Shown here: positions 42,760-54,358 of the stretch, in pieces
Layout: every line of letters starts with the position of its first letter
Numbering within the stretch: the stretch's first letter is position 1
Origin: a virus
Length of the DNA: 64,000 nucleotides
Reading direction: 5' to 3' (one strand)
Virus record (IMG/VR): IMGVR_UViG_3300043427_001127
Location: 107,626 to 171,625 of that record
Position numbers and translations under genes: made by a program
Notes under the pieces: model-generated
The model's input: only the letters and a program-made list of their open reading frames with translations
The model's database searches: none
What the model was told of the DNA's origin: nothing

Positions 42760-45700
42760 ATGCCATTAACGAGATTAGATAATCTTATTTCAAGTAAAAC
42801 TGGTAAATATCTTTATGTTTCACCTGATGATTATAATGCATCAGATGCGCTAGATAACAGAGGAAATACACCTTTAAGACCATTCGTAAGTATTCAACGT
42901 GCCTTCTTAGAAGTAGCTCGTTTTTCGTATCTACCTAATGTAGATAATGATAGATTTGACCAGTTTACCATTATGTTGGCACCTGGCAATCACTATATTG
43001 ATAACCGTCCTGGTGTTGCAAATGTAGAAGATATTCCAACATTCCAATATAATGAGGCATTACAGCAGTGGGAAGCAAATGAAGATGTAAGTTTTGATCT
43101 TTCCGATCCAGATAATATTCTTTATCGTTTCAATGGTCGTGATGGTGGTGCTACGATTCCTAGAGGTACATCTCTTGTAGGTACAGACCTTCGTAGAACT
43201 CAGCTACGTGCTCTGTATGTTCCCGATCCTGCTGATAAAGATGTTCCTCGTTGTGCGCTGTTCAACGTAACAGGTGGTTGCTATTTCTGGCAGTTCACTA
43301 TTCTTGATGGCGACCTTTCTTCAAACTCTCCTCTATACGACGGTACGGTAGGTCGCGTCTACACACAACCTAACGATACTACAAACCGCCCAGTACCTGA
43401 GTTTTCACACCACAAGATTACAAACTTTGTTTTTGCTGATAGAGAAGATTTAGGTCTACTTTACAGAAAGATTGCAAAAGCTTTTGGTGACTATCAAGAT
43501 ACTATTGATGATGTATATGTAGAAGGTTCATCTACACCAGTAAGTAGTCAGTGGTCTGAAGATGTTACCTATAACGTTGGTGATAGGATTATCTACAATG
43601 GAAACGCTTTTGTTGCTAATGCAGTTGTAACAGGCATCGACCCAGAATCGGATGATACTAAATGGACCAGACTTGTAATCCGTGGTAGAGAGTTTGACTA
43701 CAGAGTACAGGAAAACAGAATCGTTGGTCCTCTATCTGATGCCGTGTTTATTGATAGCATCAAACTTATTGATGGTGTTGGAACTGATGTTGGTATTCTA
43801 ACTCTTGAAGTTAGAACTAAGATTAATCATGGTTTCTTCCCTGGTCAATATGTTGCGGTAACAAATAACAATCTTAATAATGCTTTAAACGGTGTATTTG
43901 CTGTATACAATATCAGCACTAATGATCCTAAAGTCTTCTACTATCGTGTTCCGTTTACTGCACAAGGTCTAAACCTAACTTCGGGTGAGACATATACAGC
44001 TACTTCTACCATTCCTCTCAACCAGACTGCTACAGTTCAGGCAGAAGTTGACTCGGTAGAATCAGCATCACCATACGTCTTCAACTGTTCGATTCGTTCT
44101 ACATGGGGTATCTGTGGTATCTGGGCAGATGGTCGCAAGGCGACTGGTTTCAAGTCGATGGTTATCGCTCAGTACACTGGTGTTTCGCTACAGAGAGACG
44201 ACCGTGCATTTATTCGTTATGATGAGTTTAGCAACACTTGGAACCAGGCACCTCTAACTGATGCATTTGCAACAACTCCTTACCACATCAAGGGTGATGC
44301 ATACTGGAAAGATGATTGGAGAAACTTCCACGTTCGTGCTTCGGATGACTCCTTCATTCAGAACGTTTCGATCTTCGCTGTAGGTTTCGCAGATCACTTC
44401 CTGCTTGAGTCTGGTGGTGACATGTCGATCACCAACTCCAACTCAAACTTCGGTAACACATCGATGCACTCGGTTGGTTACAAAGGATTCTCCTTTAACC
44501 AAGATAAGGGTGGATATATTACTGACATTATTCCTCCACAGGAACTTAAGACTTCCGACAAGTCTAAGCAGCAATATTATCCTATTCAGATTAACCTAAC
44601 AAATGATGCCACAAACACAAGCAGAGTTTATCTTGCTGGTGATGCTGTAAAGGATCCTGAGAATCGCCCTGCTGCCTCTGTAAGTGGGTATAGAATCGGT
44701 GCCAGGGTAAATGAACAGATTAAGGTAAAACTTAATGCGGGTACTGGAGAATCTGGTCCTACGGAAAAGAGTGCGGTATTAAATCCTTCTGGATTTAAGA
44801 GATGGGCTACATCACTTACAACTCTAAATCCTGCTGGTGCTTCATTTACTACTGAATATAATCTACAACAAGATGCAGCAAATCTAATCGAAGCAAACCA
44901 AACGTTTATTCAATCTGAAGCATTTGGATATATCCTTGAGAAATATCCATATCTACAAAATATTTCGTATGTAAACCCAAATATTACTTCCGAAACTGGT
45001 AGATATAGAGACGCTTCAAACCTGATCAAAGCAAATAGACAGGAAATCATTGATACAGCTTATAATGAAATGGTTACTGCATTCCCTGGATTTGTGAATC
45101 CAGATGTAGTAAAATGTAAGAGAGATTTAGGATACATTATTGACGCTATTGCAAACGATCTTTATGATGGTGGAAATGCTCATATTGTTGAAGCAACTCA
45201 ATCATATTTTGGCAGTAACGGGCAAATCTTAAGCAACGGTTTGAGTGGAGAACAAACTCAATCTGTATTTGCTTTTAATCGCGTTAGGGATCTTTGTAAG
45301 TTAGCTATTGCTAACATGCTTTCATCTACAAGTTCTTTACAAGTTTCTTCTATCACTTCTAGTGGAACTACTGTAACTGTAACTTGTTCTTCTCCGCATA
45401 ACTTAACAGTTAACACAAAAATCAGTGTTATTGGTTTAAATCAATCTGCTTATAATGGTGATTTTACTGTTCTTTCTACTGGATTAACCGCAACACAGTT
45501 CCAGTATACTGCTCTATCTGCTCCTTCTGCCTCTCCTGCTACTGGAGTTTCATACATTTCCACGGTAACTATTGATCAGGCAAACAGAACTACTCTTGCG
45601 GGTAAGTTAAAAAATGCAAGTGATCTAATCTTTGCTAACAAGCAGCAAATCGTAGATGCTGCTTATGTAAGTTCCATTCCTTCAGATACGAATGGTACTA

Positions 45701-48700
45701 AGTGTAAGCGCGATATCGGTTATGTTGTTTCTGCAGTTGCGAACGATCTAAACTTTGGTGGTAACGAATACACTATTGCTGCTATTAAAGAATATTTTAA
45801 TGGCAATAGTTTACTATCAAATGGCGTACAGGGTGAAGTAACTCAAACTGTCGCAGCATTCAACAATGCTAGAGAGCAGTGTAAACTTGCAATCAACAAC
45901 CAGTTGAATGTAAAAGATTTAACTATCAAACCAGATCCTGCAACAGGTTCTAACACTAGCGTAAACTCTTGTGCTGATGTTAAGAGTACAATCGATAACT
46001 TATTTGGATTGGTTACTACAACTCTCCAAGCTGGAAATCTAGATAATCTTGCAACAGTAAATAACGGTTTGTATGACTGTGCTAATGTTAGAAGCACGAT
46101 TGATACATTAAGTGCTATTCTGACAACTGCTATTTCTTCTGCTAGCCTCACTTCTGTTCCTGCTCCAAATCCAGGATTATGGTCAAGAGTTTCTGAGAAT
46201 AGCAAGTGTAAGAGAGATATTGGTTATATTGTGGAAGCAATCGTTGCTGACTTGAGACTTGGTGGAAATGTCAATACTGTTAATGCAGCAAAAGCTTACT
46301 ATATTGGTGTAACACAAGATACTGATGGAGTGAATGATGGGTTTACTCTGGACTATATTGAAAATGAACTGAATGAAACTCTAGATGCATATAACTATGT
46401 GAGAGATTTGTGTATTTCTTCCATGAGAAATCACAACACTTACATGACAGTTAATACTGCAAACTCTTCATTAGTTACAGTTCCATCTACAGTGGGACTT
46501 GCAGTTGGAATGAAGGTTGTTGGTGTTAACAACATTCCTTCTACGACTGGTACTAGTGCTCTAACTAACTATAATGATCAATATGAAGAGTTAGTTGATG
46601 GAAAAGTTGTACCCAAATCTTCAAACATTAGCACTGCGTACATTCCAGCAGATACCTACATCAAGAGAATCGTAAACTCAACACAGATTGAACTTGGTGT
46701 TAGAGGTAGTAAACTAAACTATGGTACTACAAAGACTGCTGTTGCTGGAACAGGAGTAAAGGTATTCTTCCAACTTGAGGAAGGAATCTGGACATCATCT
46801 ATTGGTCCTTCAGTAGATAATACAGTTATTCAAGATTATGTTTATAGTGGAAATGGCGAATGCTCTTCTGTTTATACCACTATTGGTAACTACTTTGGTA
46901 TTATTTCTACCATTTTACAGAATGGTGTTAATGCTGTTACTGCAACCACTCCAACTGCTGATACTGCACTTCTTTCCCAAAGAGCTACTGCATTTACTCT
47001 TCAGGAGATTCAAGGCGAAAATCTTCTTGCTAACCCACATAATCTAGAGACGGGTACTCCAGTAAGACTTGTTCCTAGAGCAAAACCAGGATCTAATGTA
47101 GACAAGCGTTTAGTGCGTCTTCCAAAAGGATTCAGTACAAATACTAAGTATTATGTAATCGCTCCTGGTAGAAGAACACAACCTTTCAACTATGCTACTG
47201 GCGATTTTGCCGCTGCCGATCAACAAAAGATTCTTCTTGCGACCAGTGAAGAGAATGCAGCAGCTGGTATCTATATCTACTCTCCTGAAACGGAAAACAT
47301 TAACGAAAATGTAATCATTGATGTTTATCAATACGTTCTTGATAATAGTTACGATCTACATCAGTATAAGACTACTCTCTTCGATTCTACTACTTTCTTG
47401 ACAGAATCTCCACATATTTTTGACATTCCTGTTAATGATGTTGGGGTAACACTTCAGAAAGTGTTCTTTAGAACAGGCAGCGATTTAGGTGCAAACTCTA
47501 CGCTTCCAAATCCAGCTAATACTTATATCGGTTTGTTTAATGACACCACTGAGTATTATGTTAGATATTTTGATGACGCCAGCGGTTCTTCGATTGCCAA
47601 GAAGTTCAAGATTTATTTGACGGCTCAAAATGCTATTAACAATGAAAACCCTGTAGAATTTTTTGAAAATAGTGGAACTACTTTTTACACATTTGCTAAT
47701 AAAAAACGTGTTTCATTAAAGTTTGATCCGACAGTTGATATTGCTGATCTTCCAAAAGGAAGATGGTATTTAAATACAGTTGCTGATTCTTCTTCTGGAA
47801 ATATTATCACTAGATTGAAGCAATCTGATTATAGTGATGATTCTGTTGGGAATAATGCAAAAACTTCTGATTCTTTCTTTGAAAGAGTAAATGATTTAAG
47901 AGACAAGCAAGATAGAGTTTATAGATTTAGATTTGTCATCCCTGCATACAGAGGTACTACAGTTAGAGATCCTCTAAATGGATTTGTATTTAAGATTAGA
48001 ACTGACTCTAAGAGAAAACTATTACCACAGAAAATTCTTTTAAGACCAACTGGAAATGCAAGTGCATTTGCAACATTTTATGCTTTAAACTCTGCTGGAC
48101 AGCAAGTTAATGAAAAACTTGGTTGGACATATTCACAACTGAATGCCGCTGGATTTGATGATACTGTTTATGATCCATATCTAAATCCAGTTAAGATTCA
48201 AACTAACTCTAAGATTACTGCCAGCATTCAATCTGCCAGACAAAGAAGCATTAATGGAGTAAACTATCTTGAACTTACTGTCTTTGACCATGATGTTGAC
48301 GCAGCATACAAAACAACAATCTTCACTACTGTAAAGATTACTGCACCTCAGGGTGGTAATGGAGCGTTTGAAGCAAGTTTAACTGACTTAGATTCTGATA
48401 ACTTTATTGAGTGGGAAGGAGCTTGTTCTGGATCTGGATATGTACACGCATTCTTAAACTATGGAACAGAATATCATCTGATTCTGAAGGGAATAACTGG
48501 TAACTCAACACTAGATTTTGACCCATTTGTGACAACTACCTTTAAGCAAGGATCAGTTTCTGCTGTCATGATGGACGAACCTGACGGTGGTAGAACAGAT
48601 AAAGAAAAAAATCTATATGCAGTTGAGGGTGCTAACGTTTATACATTAACACCAGGAGATATTGTAAAAGATTCTACAAACGTAAGTTATACGATTGCGG

Positions 48701-51700
48701 AAGTAACTGATATTGAAGATTTAGAAGGAACTTATTATATCTTCTCTGTTGATACTATTCGCAGAAGAATTCCTAACCAACAAGATGGTGTTTACTATCT
48801 AACTTGTGTGCGTGGTGATATTAGACCATTCCCTGTTGGATCTGGTGTTGGTGAAAACTTCAGAAACTTTAGATTCTCACAACCCATTTCTAAACTCTAC
48901 CCTGAGTTCTATAAGAACGATCCTGAGTGGTATAGAGCACTTGATGATACTTTAAAAGATCCCCCAGAAACTATTTCTGCTGCGGATAACTATATTCATG
49001 GATTGGTTACAGTTAACGATTCCAAGAACTCTTTGACAAAAGAAACAGTCCTTGATTTCGTACAAGATTCTGGTTCTGGTGTATATTCGTTTACTGGAGA
49101 TAATGTCATTCAGGCGCAGTCTGGACCTGCTTCTGCTGGATCTGAGACTAGAAGGATTCCTATTTCTGGTGATTCTGTATATCCTACAGAAAAGAGAGTT
49201 TATGTAGAACTTCGCAGACCTTCGATTGCAAGATCTGGCAACCACACGTTTGAATATCTTGGTTTTGGTCCTGGTAACTACTCCACAGGTTTCCCTGCGC
49301 GTCAGGAGATCGTTCTGACTGATGTTCAGGACTTCTATGCCCAAGCTAAGCGTGAAGACGCTGGTATCGTCTTCTACACGGGTCTGAACTCCAATGGCGA
49401 CCTTTATATTGGTAACAGAAAGATCAACGCTATTACTGGCGAAGAGACTTTCTTAGAATCTGCTGAACTTGTAGAATCTGAGGATGAAGATGAAAGCCCA
49501 GCAACACTGGTAACTACTTTTGAAGTTCCAGTAACCTTCAAGGATATTATTACTGTTGAAGGATTTGACGGAACCAAGCAAAGTGTATTTACTTCTCCTG
49601 TATACTTCAACGTAAGAGTTCTTGATGATTTTGGTGGTCCTGTTGATCCAGCTATCACTGTTAAGACTAATATTGATCCAACTAACGATGATAGTTATTT
49701 AAATATCACATCTTTGGGTCAAAAGACTGGCGATATTAAGATTGAGAAGAATAGTATCGCTTTGGGAATGTTGAGGATATATGCTCGTGGTGAGCAAGGA
49801 TATACAATCAGAGCACATATTTCAAACAAAACTCCTGATCAGGCATCTCCTTTTGGCGGTGATATTACACAACCATCTACTCAGATTATCAAGTTTGGTT
49901 CAAGAAATCCTGTTTCTGGTGATGTTCTTTTCAAGGGATCTCAAACAGATGTAACTGGCGCTGCTGGTTGGATTTTTGCAAATACCTACGCTGTTCTGTC
50001 TAAGACAGGCGACAGTGGTATTACAAATCCTCAGATTGCAAATATTCAAGGATTTGGTAGTGGTAATGTTATTCGTCTGAACTGGAACACTACTGGTTCT
50101 CCAGCTTGGACAAATAGTTTACTTGGCATCACTGAATCAACTCAGATTAAGATTGTCGGTGCTCAATCTCCAATCTCTCAGATCAATGGTATCTGGAGAG
50201 TAGTTAACACAGTTGCAAATCCATTCAGTTCTACTGCAAACTATCTTGATGTATCGCCATCTGAAGGCAATCAAATCACGGTTGAGTCCAATCTTTACAC
50301 TATAAGCACAGTTACTCAACCAAATATATCCATTTCTAAGAGTTCTACTTCTTGGAGAGAATGGGGAATCATTGGTTCTGAAGCTCTCAGAACAGAAACA
50401 GATTCTATTGGCAACTATAAACTAGGTGTTAATACTGTATCTCGTGCTCCACATAGCGCATATAACAATGCATTTATTTCATTAGAAACAACTCCTAGAG
50501 CAAACTTAGATGTTGTTGGAACTGCATTCTTCAGTGGAAAAACTTTATCTACATCACCAAACAACTTCTTAGCAAACTCTAACCCAACAAACAGAACATT
50601 TAGTGGTGTATCTAATGCGTTCTTGATTGGTGGTGATAGTGCTAATCCAGATAACGAGGCAACATTTAGATTATCTACTTCTACCAACAGAGTTGGTATT
50701 AATGTAACTAATGCTGAACTTGATAGAAGTTTAGTTATTGATGGTGATGGTAGAGTTACTGGAAACTTCAGATTCCAAGCGGATATTGAAGTCAATGGTG
50801 GAGACATTACAACAACTGTAACCACTGGATCATTTAACTTTGTTGAAGATAGCACTTTCACTGGTACTCTTAATATTGGTAGCTATCCAGCAACCGTTAA
50901 CTTTGCTGCTAGAGCAACCACACTTAATATTGCTAACACAACGACATCAACTCAAACGATTAATGTTGGTAATGCTGCAGCAAACCAGACCATAAACGTT
51001 GGCAATACTGGAACTGGTACACATGATGTAAATATTGCTACTGCTGCTACAGGAGCAACTACTTTAGATGTATTCAACTCTTCTGCCAATGTAAGAGTAG
51101 ATATTGGCAATCCTTCTGCTTCTGCTACATCATCCAAGATTACTCTTGGTGGTGCTTATAATGCCAACGAATCTAACAGTTACTTAGAAGTTAAAACTAA
51201 GTCTGCTAAGTTCTTTGGTGATATGCAGATTGGAACGAATAAGACTGTTTCTGATACTGTAACGCTCGGAACTGATGCAGGAACCGTAAACTTCTTCTCT
51301 ACATCTGGATCTGCCTCTACCATTTCATTTGGATTAAATGCTTCTGTATTGAATATTGGCGGTCAGGGTGGAACAACCACAGTAAGAAACAGTTTGACTG
51401 TGGACGCTTCGCTGCTTGTCAAGAACAATATCACTCTTGATGGTGGTACTGCTACATTCTCATTCAATGGAAACAGAGCATCTCTTGGATCTACCATTGC
51501 TTCTCACACTGGTTTTCCAACAACCGTCCCAGTTGATAAGAATGTTGACCTAGTTACTATTGTCAGTGGTTTTGATAACGTTGTTGATACAGCTGGTGCT
51601 GGTGATTGGGGTGGAACTTTCTTCCAACAAGCGATTCCAACATATACAGGAAATGACGGAACTGCTCTAGGTGCTCTATCTGGAAACCAATACTACTTAC

Positions 51701-53250
51701 CACTTGAAAATTCACCAACTTACTTGGAAGGTTATGATATTTTAATCGATACCGTTGTTGGTGGTACGAGACATCCTGAGATTGTTAGAGTTGCATCTGG
51801 TGGATTAAGAAGAACCACAACTGCTCCATACTATATTATTGTTGAGAGACAACCATATGGTACTTTCTTGCCAATAAAAACAAATCACACTGATGGAACT
51901 GCCACAAAACGAGTTAATGTTGCATTAGATTCCACATGGTTGACTGCTAACGTTGACGGTAGTGGCACCTCAGATGTCTTCAGTCTTTCTGAGTTTGGTG
52001 GAACTCTAGCATCAGGTGATTATATTTTTGTTGATAGAAATAGCACTGGAACTTCTGGTGAAGCAGTAAAGATTACTTCTTCTACAGGATCAGTTGCACA
52101 AAAACTAATCGTTACTGATGGTGCTGGATCTACTACTTTTGAAGTTGATTCAACAGATGGTCATACAGTTGTAAGTAACTCAACTGCTCTCGGTGGACTA
52201 GATGTATATGGTCCATTCAACCTCATCAGTTCTTGTTCTGCAACCTCTGCTAACAGACTATTCTCGCTTAAGAATAGTTCTTCAAATACCACATGGTCGG
52301 TTGACATGTGTAATGGAGAGACTACTATTACACAGGGAACATTAACTACTGATGTAAATGTTCTTGATGCCACTGCAACATGGAATAGCTCTTCGACAAC
52401 ATTTACAGCAATCAAGTTAAATGTTACTAATACATCTTCTAATGATGCATCTAAACTCATTGATCTACAGGTAGGATCAACCACTAGATTTAATGTTGAT
52501 GCATCTAGTGGTGACACTTATATGCTAGGTGATTTAACAGTTGCTGGTAATGATATTAAGTCAAGTACGGCAACTGCTCTAACCTTGTCTGGTGCCAACG
52601 TAACTGTTGCTGGTGACTTAACAGTATCTGGAAATGATATTAAGTCCAGTACAGGTGACACGGTATTGACATTAAACGCAAATGATGCTACATTTGCTGA
52701 TAACGTTACTGTTGGCGGTGATCTTACAGTCTCTGGAGGTGACTTTGTTGTTAACTCTTCATCCACAGAAAGATTTGCAGTCAATAATGATGGCAGTGTG
52801 GATCTTGGTGGTATCAACAACTACTTCACAAACTCTGGTGGAAGAAAATGGTTGTTCATAAGTTCAGGAACAAATACTGACGCAACAGCTCCAAGTCTAG
52901 TATCAAATCTCAGCTATATACTTAAACCGAGTGGTACAGGATCATTGGTCCTTAAACTACCAGCTTCTCCTCAAACTGGTGATATGATTAGATTCGTTGA
53001 TGCTTCTGGTGGATTGACATACAACTGCACATTAGTTATTAGAGCTCCAAAACAAGGAACAACCGCTGTTCCTATTCAAGGTGACAATACTGGCACTTTA
53101 GCTGGAAATAGATCTACTGTTTGGGATAGCGGAGAACTCTTAGTCAATACACCTAACGCTGCATTTGGTCTTCTTTATATTGGTGCTCAAGATGGAGCTG
53201 GAACTGCTATCGATTCAGCGCAACAAGGTTGGTGGCTAATGGAAATCTAA
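42760..53250 (+). CDS. Giant virion structural / tail-fibre protein (3496 aa)
   Basis: MPLTRLDNL..S.TG..LYVSP start, SASPYVFNCSIRS, three KCKRD.GY repeats, GDLTV repeats, C-terminal GWWLMEI. Confidence 0.85.
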   Translation: MPLTRLDNLISSKTGKYLYVSPDDYNASDALDNRGNTPLRPFVSIQRAFLEVARFSYLPNVDNDRFDQFTIMLAPGNHYIDNRPGVANVEDIPTFQYNEALQQWEANEDVSFDLSDPDNILYRFNGRDGGATIPRGTSLVGTDLRRTQLRALYVPDPADKDVPRCALFNVTGGCYFWQFTILDGDLSSNSPLYDGTVGRVYTQPNDTTNRPVPEFSHHKITNFVFADREDLGLLYRKIAKAFGDYQDTIDDVYVEGSSTPVSSQWSEDVTYNVGDRIIYNGNAFVANAVVTGIDPESDDTKWTRLVIRGREFDYRVQENRIVGPLSDAVFIDSIKLIDGVGTDVGILTLEVRTKINHGFFPGQYVAVTNNNLNNALNGVFAVYNISTNDPKVFYYRVPFTAQGLNLTSGETYTATSTIPLNQTATVQAEVDSVESASPYVFNCSIRSTWGICGIWADGRKATGFKSMVIAQYTGVSLQRDDRAFIRYDEFSNTWNQAPLTDAFATTPYHIKGDAYWKDDWRNFHVRASDDSFIQNVSIFAVGFADHFLLESGGDMSITNSNSNFGNTSMHSVGYKGFSFNQDKGGYITDIIPPQELKTSDKSKQQYYPIQINLTNDATNTSRVYLAGDAVKDPENRPAASVSGYRIGARVNEQIKVKLNAGTGESGPTEKSAVLNPSGFKRWATSLTTLNPAGASFTTEYNLQQDAANLIEANQTFIQSEAFGYILEKYPYLQNISYVNPNITSETGRYRDASNLIKANRQEIIDTAYNEMVTAFPGFVNPDVVKCKRDLGYIIDAIANDLYDGGNAHIVEATQSYFGSNGQILSNGLSGEQTQSVFAFNRVRDLCKLAIANMLSSTSSLQVSSITSSGTTVTVTCSSPHNLTVNTKISVIGLNQSAYNGDFTVLSTGLTATQFQYTALSAPSASPATGVSYISTVTIDQANRTTLAGKLKNASDLIFANKQQIVDAAYVSSIPSDTNGTKCKRDIGYVVSAVANDLNFGGNEYTIAAIKEYFNGNSLLSNGVQGEVTQTVAAFNNAREQCKLAINNQLNVKDLTIKPDPATGSNTSVNSCADVKSTIDNLFGLVTTTLQAGNLDNLATVNNGLYDCANVRSTIDTLSAILTTAISSASLTSVPAPNPGLWSRVSENSKCKRDIGYIVEAIVADLRLGGNVNTVNAAKAYYIGVTQDTDGVNDGFTLDYIENELNETLDAYNYVRDLCISSMRNHNTYMTVNTANSSLVTVPSTVGLAVGMKVVGVNNIPSTTGTSALTNYNDQYEELVDGKVVPKSSNISTAYIPADTYIKRIVNSTQIELGVRGSKLNYGTTKTAVAGTGVKVFFQLEEGIWTSSIGPSVDNTVIQDYVYSGNGECSSVYTTIGNYFGIISTILQNGVNAVTATTPTADTALLSQRATAFTLQEIQGENLLANPHNLETGTPVRLVPRAKPGSNVDKRLVRLPKGFSTNTKYYVIAPGRRTQPFNYATGDFAAADQQKILLATSEENAAAGIYIYSPETENINENVIIDVYQYVLDNSYDLHQYKTTLFDSTTFLTESPHIFDIPVNDVGVTLQKVFFRTGSDLGANSTLPNPANTYIGLFNDTTEYYVRYFDDASGSSIAKKFKIYLTAQNAINNENPVEFFENSGTTFYTFANKKRVSLKFDPTVDIADLPKGRWYLNTVADSSSGNIITRLKQSDYSDDSVGNNAKTSDSFFERVNDLRDKQDRVYRFRFVIPAYRGTTVRDPLNGFVFKIRTDSKRKLLPQKILLRPTGNASAFATFYALNSAGQQVNEKLGWTYSQLNAAGFDDTVYDPYLNPVKIQTNSKITASIQSARQRSINGVNYLELTVFDHDVDAAYKTTIFTTVKITAPQGGNGAFEASLTDLDSDNFIEWEGACSGSGYVHAFLNYGTEYHLILKGITGNSTLDFDPFVTTTFKQGSVSAVMMDEPDGGRTDKEKNLYAVEGANVYTLTPGDIVKDSTNVSYTIAEVTDIEDLEGTYYIFSVDTIRRRIPNQQDGVYYLTCVRGDIRPFPVGSGVGENFRNFRFSQPISKLYPEFYKNDPEWYRALDDTLKDPPETISAADNYIHGLVTVNDSKNSLTKETVLDFVQDSGSGVYSFTGDNVIQAQSGPASAGSETRRIPISGDSVYPTEKRVYVELRRPSIARSGNHTFEYLGFGPGNYSTGFPARQEIVLTDVQDFYAQAKREDAGIVFYTGLNSNGDLYIGNRKINAITGEETFLESAELVESEDEDESPATLVTTFEVPVTFKDIITVEGFDGTKQSVFTSPVYFNVRVLDDFGGPVDPAITVKTNIDPTNDDSYLNITSLGQKTGDIKIEKNSIALGMLRIYARGEQGYTIRAHISNKTPDQASPFGGDITQPSTQIIKFGSRNPVSGDVLFKGSQTDVTGAAGWIFANTYAVLSKTGDSGITNPQIANIQGFGSGNVIRLNWNTTGSPAWTNSLLGITESTQIKIVGAQSPISQINGIWRVVNTVANPFSSTANYLDVSPSEGNQITVESNLYTISTVTQPNISISKSSTSWREWGIIGSEALRTETDSIGNYKLGVNTVSRAPHSAYNNAFISLETTPRANLDVVGTAFFSGKTLSTSPNNFLANSNPTNRTFSGVSNAFLIGGDSANPDNEATFRLSTSTNRVGINVTNAELDRSLVIDGDGRVTGNFRFQADIEVNGGDITTTVTTGSFNFVEDSTFTGTLNIGSYPATVNFAARATTLNIANTTTSTQTINVGNAAANQTINVGNTGTGTHDVNIATAATGATTLDVFNSSANVRVDIGNPSASATSSKITLGGAYNANESNSYLEVKTKSAKFFGDMQIGTNKTVSDTVTLGTDAGTVNFFSTSGSASTISFGLNASVLNIGGQGGTTTVRNSLTVDASLLVKNNITLDGGTATFSFNGNRASLGSTIASHTGFPTTVPVDKNVDLVTIVSGFDNVVDTAGAGDWGGTFFQQAIPTYTGNDGTALGALSGNQYYLPLENSPTYLEGYDILIDTVVGGTRHPEIVRVASGGLRRTTTAPYYIIVERQPYGTFLPIKTNHTDGTATKRVNVALDSTWLTANVDGSGTSDVFSLSEFGGTLASGDYIFVDRNSTGTSGEAVKITSSTGSVAQKLIVTDGAGSTTFEVDSTDGHTVVSNSTALGGLDVYGPFNLISSCSATSANRLFSLKNSSSNTTWSVDMCNGETTITQGTLTTDVNVLDATATWNSSSTTFTAIKLNVTNTSSNDASKLIDLQVGSTTRFNVDASSGDTYMLGDLTVAGNDIKSSTATALTLSGANVTVAGDLTVSGNDIKSSTGDTVLTLNANDATFADNVTVGGDLTVSGGDFVVNSSSTERFAVNNDGSVDLGGINNYFTNSGGRKWLFISSGTNTDATAPSLVSNLSYILKPSGTGSLVLKLPASPQTGDMIRFVDASGGLTYNCTLVIRAPKQGTTAVPIQGDNTGTLAGNRSTVWDSGELLVNTPNAAFGLLYIGAQDGAGTAIDSAQQGWWLMEI

Positions 53251-53253
53251 GAT

Positions 53254-54357
53254 ATGTCTATTAACTATAACACATTAAAAACATTAAAAGGAATGGCTAT
53301 TGGCACTATCATGCCGTGGGCTGGTGGTGAAGATAGTATTCCTAAGGGATGGATATCATGTGATGGTTCTACCAAACAAAAAGTTGATTATCCAGATTTA
53401 TTCGATGTTATTGGTCAATACTATGGTGGATCTGGAAACTTTTTTAGATTGCCAGATTTAAATGCCAAAGCTTTGGCTGATATGAAAACTAGTTATCTTC
53501 CTTCTGGAACATCTACTGTTTTTTCTGGTCAAATAGGTACAAATCAGTCAACTTTGAGTAATGTGATTTATACGTCTAATCTAGCATTGACGATAGCTAT
53601 TGATACTAGTCTTGCATCTGGAACATATACTGCAAAAATAACAGGGCAGACTATTAATCCTCCTGCATATTTTGATGAAGTTACCGTTGCTTCTAGAACT
53701 CTTGGAGATTATCATTGGCCTACGCATACTCACACGGGTAACTTTTCTAGTATTGGAAGAGGAAGCGGTGGCGTAGAATCATGTGAAGACAACTTTGGCA
53801 CCAACCCAGCATTTACTGGATGTGACCCCCCAGGCGGCGGTATTTTTGACCCTGACCTTTTTCAGACGGGAGACTGTTGTGATAACGATACCTTTCTTTT
53901 GAGTGAATGTAATAATTCCAGTAGTGGTGTAAATAACTATTACAAAAACTCTATTGCTGGTGGTATTCCTTTAGGTGATGGATTTAACAATACTAATCAG
54001 AGAGTCACAGATGCTCCAGCTAGAATCAACACGGCCCCTAAAAACTGGTTAGGCAGCTCTGATAGTACTTTAATTAGTACAGGTAATTTTAACTTTGCAA
54101 CTACTATAAGTGATGTTTTTAGTGTGTGGCCAACTTCTACCTCTGGAAATGATAACTCTTTAGGATCTCACGTACATGGTCCTGTTGGATATTCTGTAAA
54201 TCAGGGTAGTTTTCAAGTTCAGTCTAATATTATCGTTAATGATATTACTACTGGTAACGTAGCACCAGTAAACGAAACTTTTGAGGATTTGTTGCAATTT
54301 ACTGTAAACACATCAACTCCTTCGTTAAGAATGCAGTATATCATCAAGGCTTGGTAA
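53254..54357 (+). CDS. Tail collar domain fibre protein 1
   Basis: IGTIMPWAG...IPKGWISCDG, YPDLF.VIG, F.LPDL; H-x-H motifs; YIIKA end. Confidence 0.88.
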   Translation: MSINYNTLKTLKGMAIGTIMPWAGGEDSIPKGWISCDGSTKQKVDYPDLFDVIGQYYGGSGNFFRLPDLNAKALADMKTSYLPSGTSTVFSGQIGTNQSTLSNVIYTSNLALTIAIDTSLASGTYTAKITGQTINPPAYFDEVTVASRTLGDYHWPTHTHTGNFSSIGRGSGGVESCEDNFGTNPAFTGCDPPGGGIFDPDLFQTGDCCDNDTFLLSECNNSSSGVNNYYKNSIAGGIPLGDGFNNTNQRVTDAPARINTAPKNWLGSSDSTLISTGNFNFATTISDVFSVWPTSTSGNDNSLGSHVHGPVGYSVNQGSFQVQSNIIVNDITTGNVAPVNETFEDLLQFTVNTSTPSLRMQYIIKAW

Positions 54358-54358
54358 A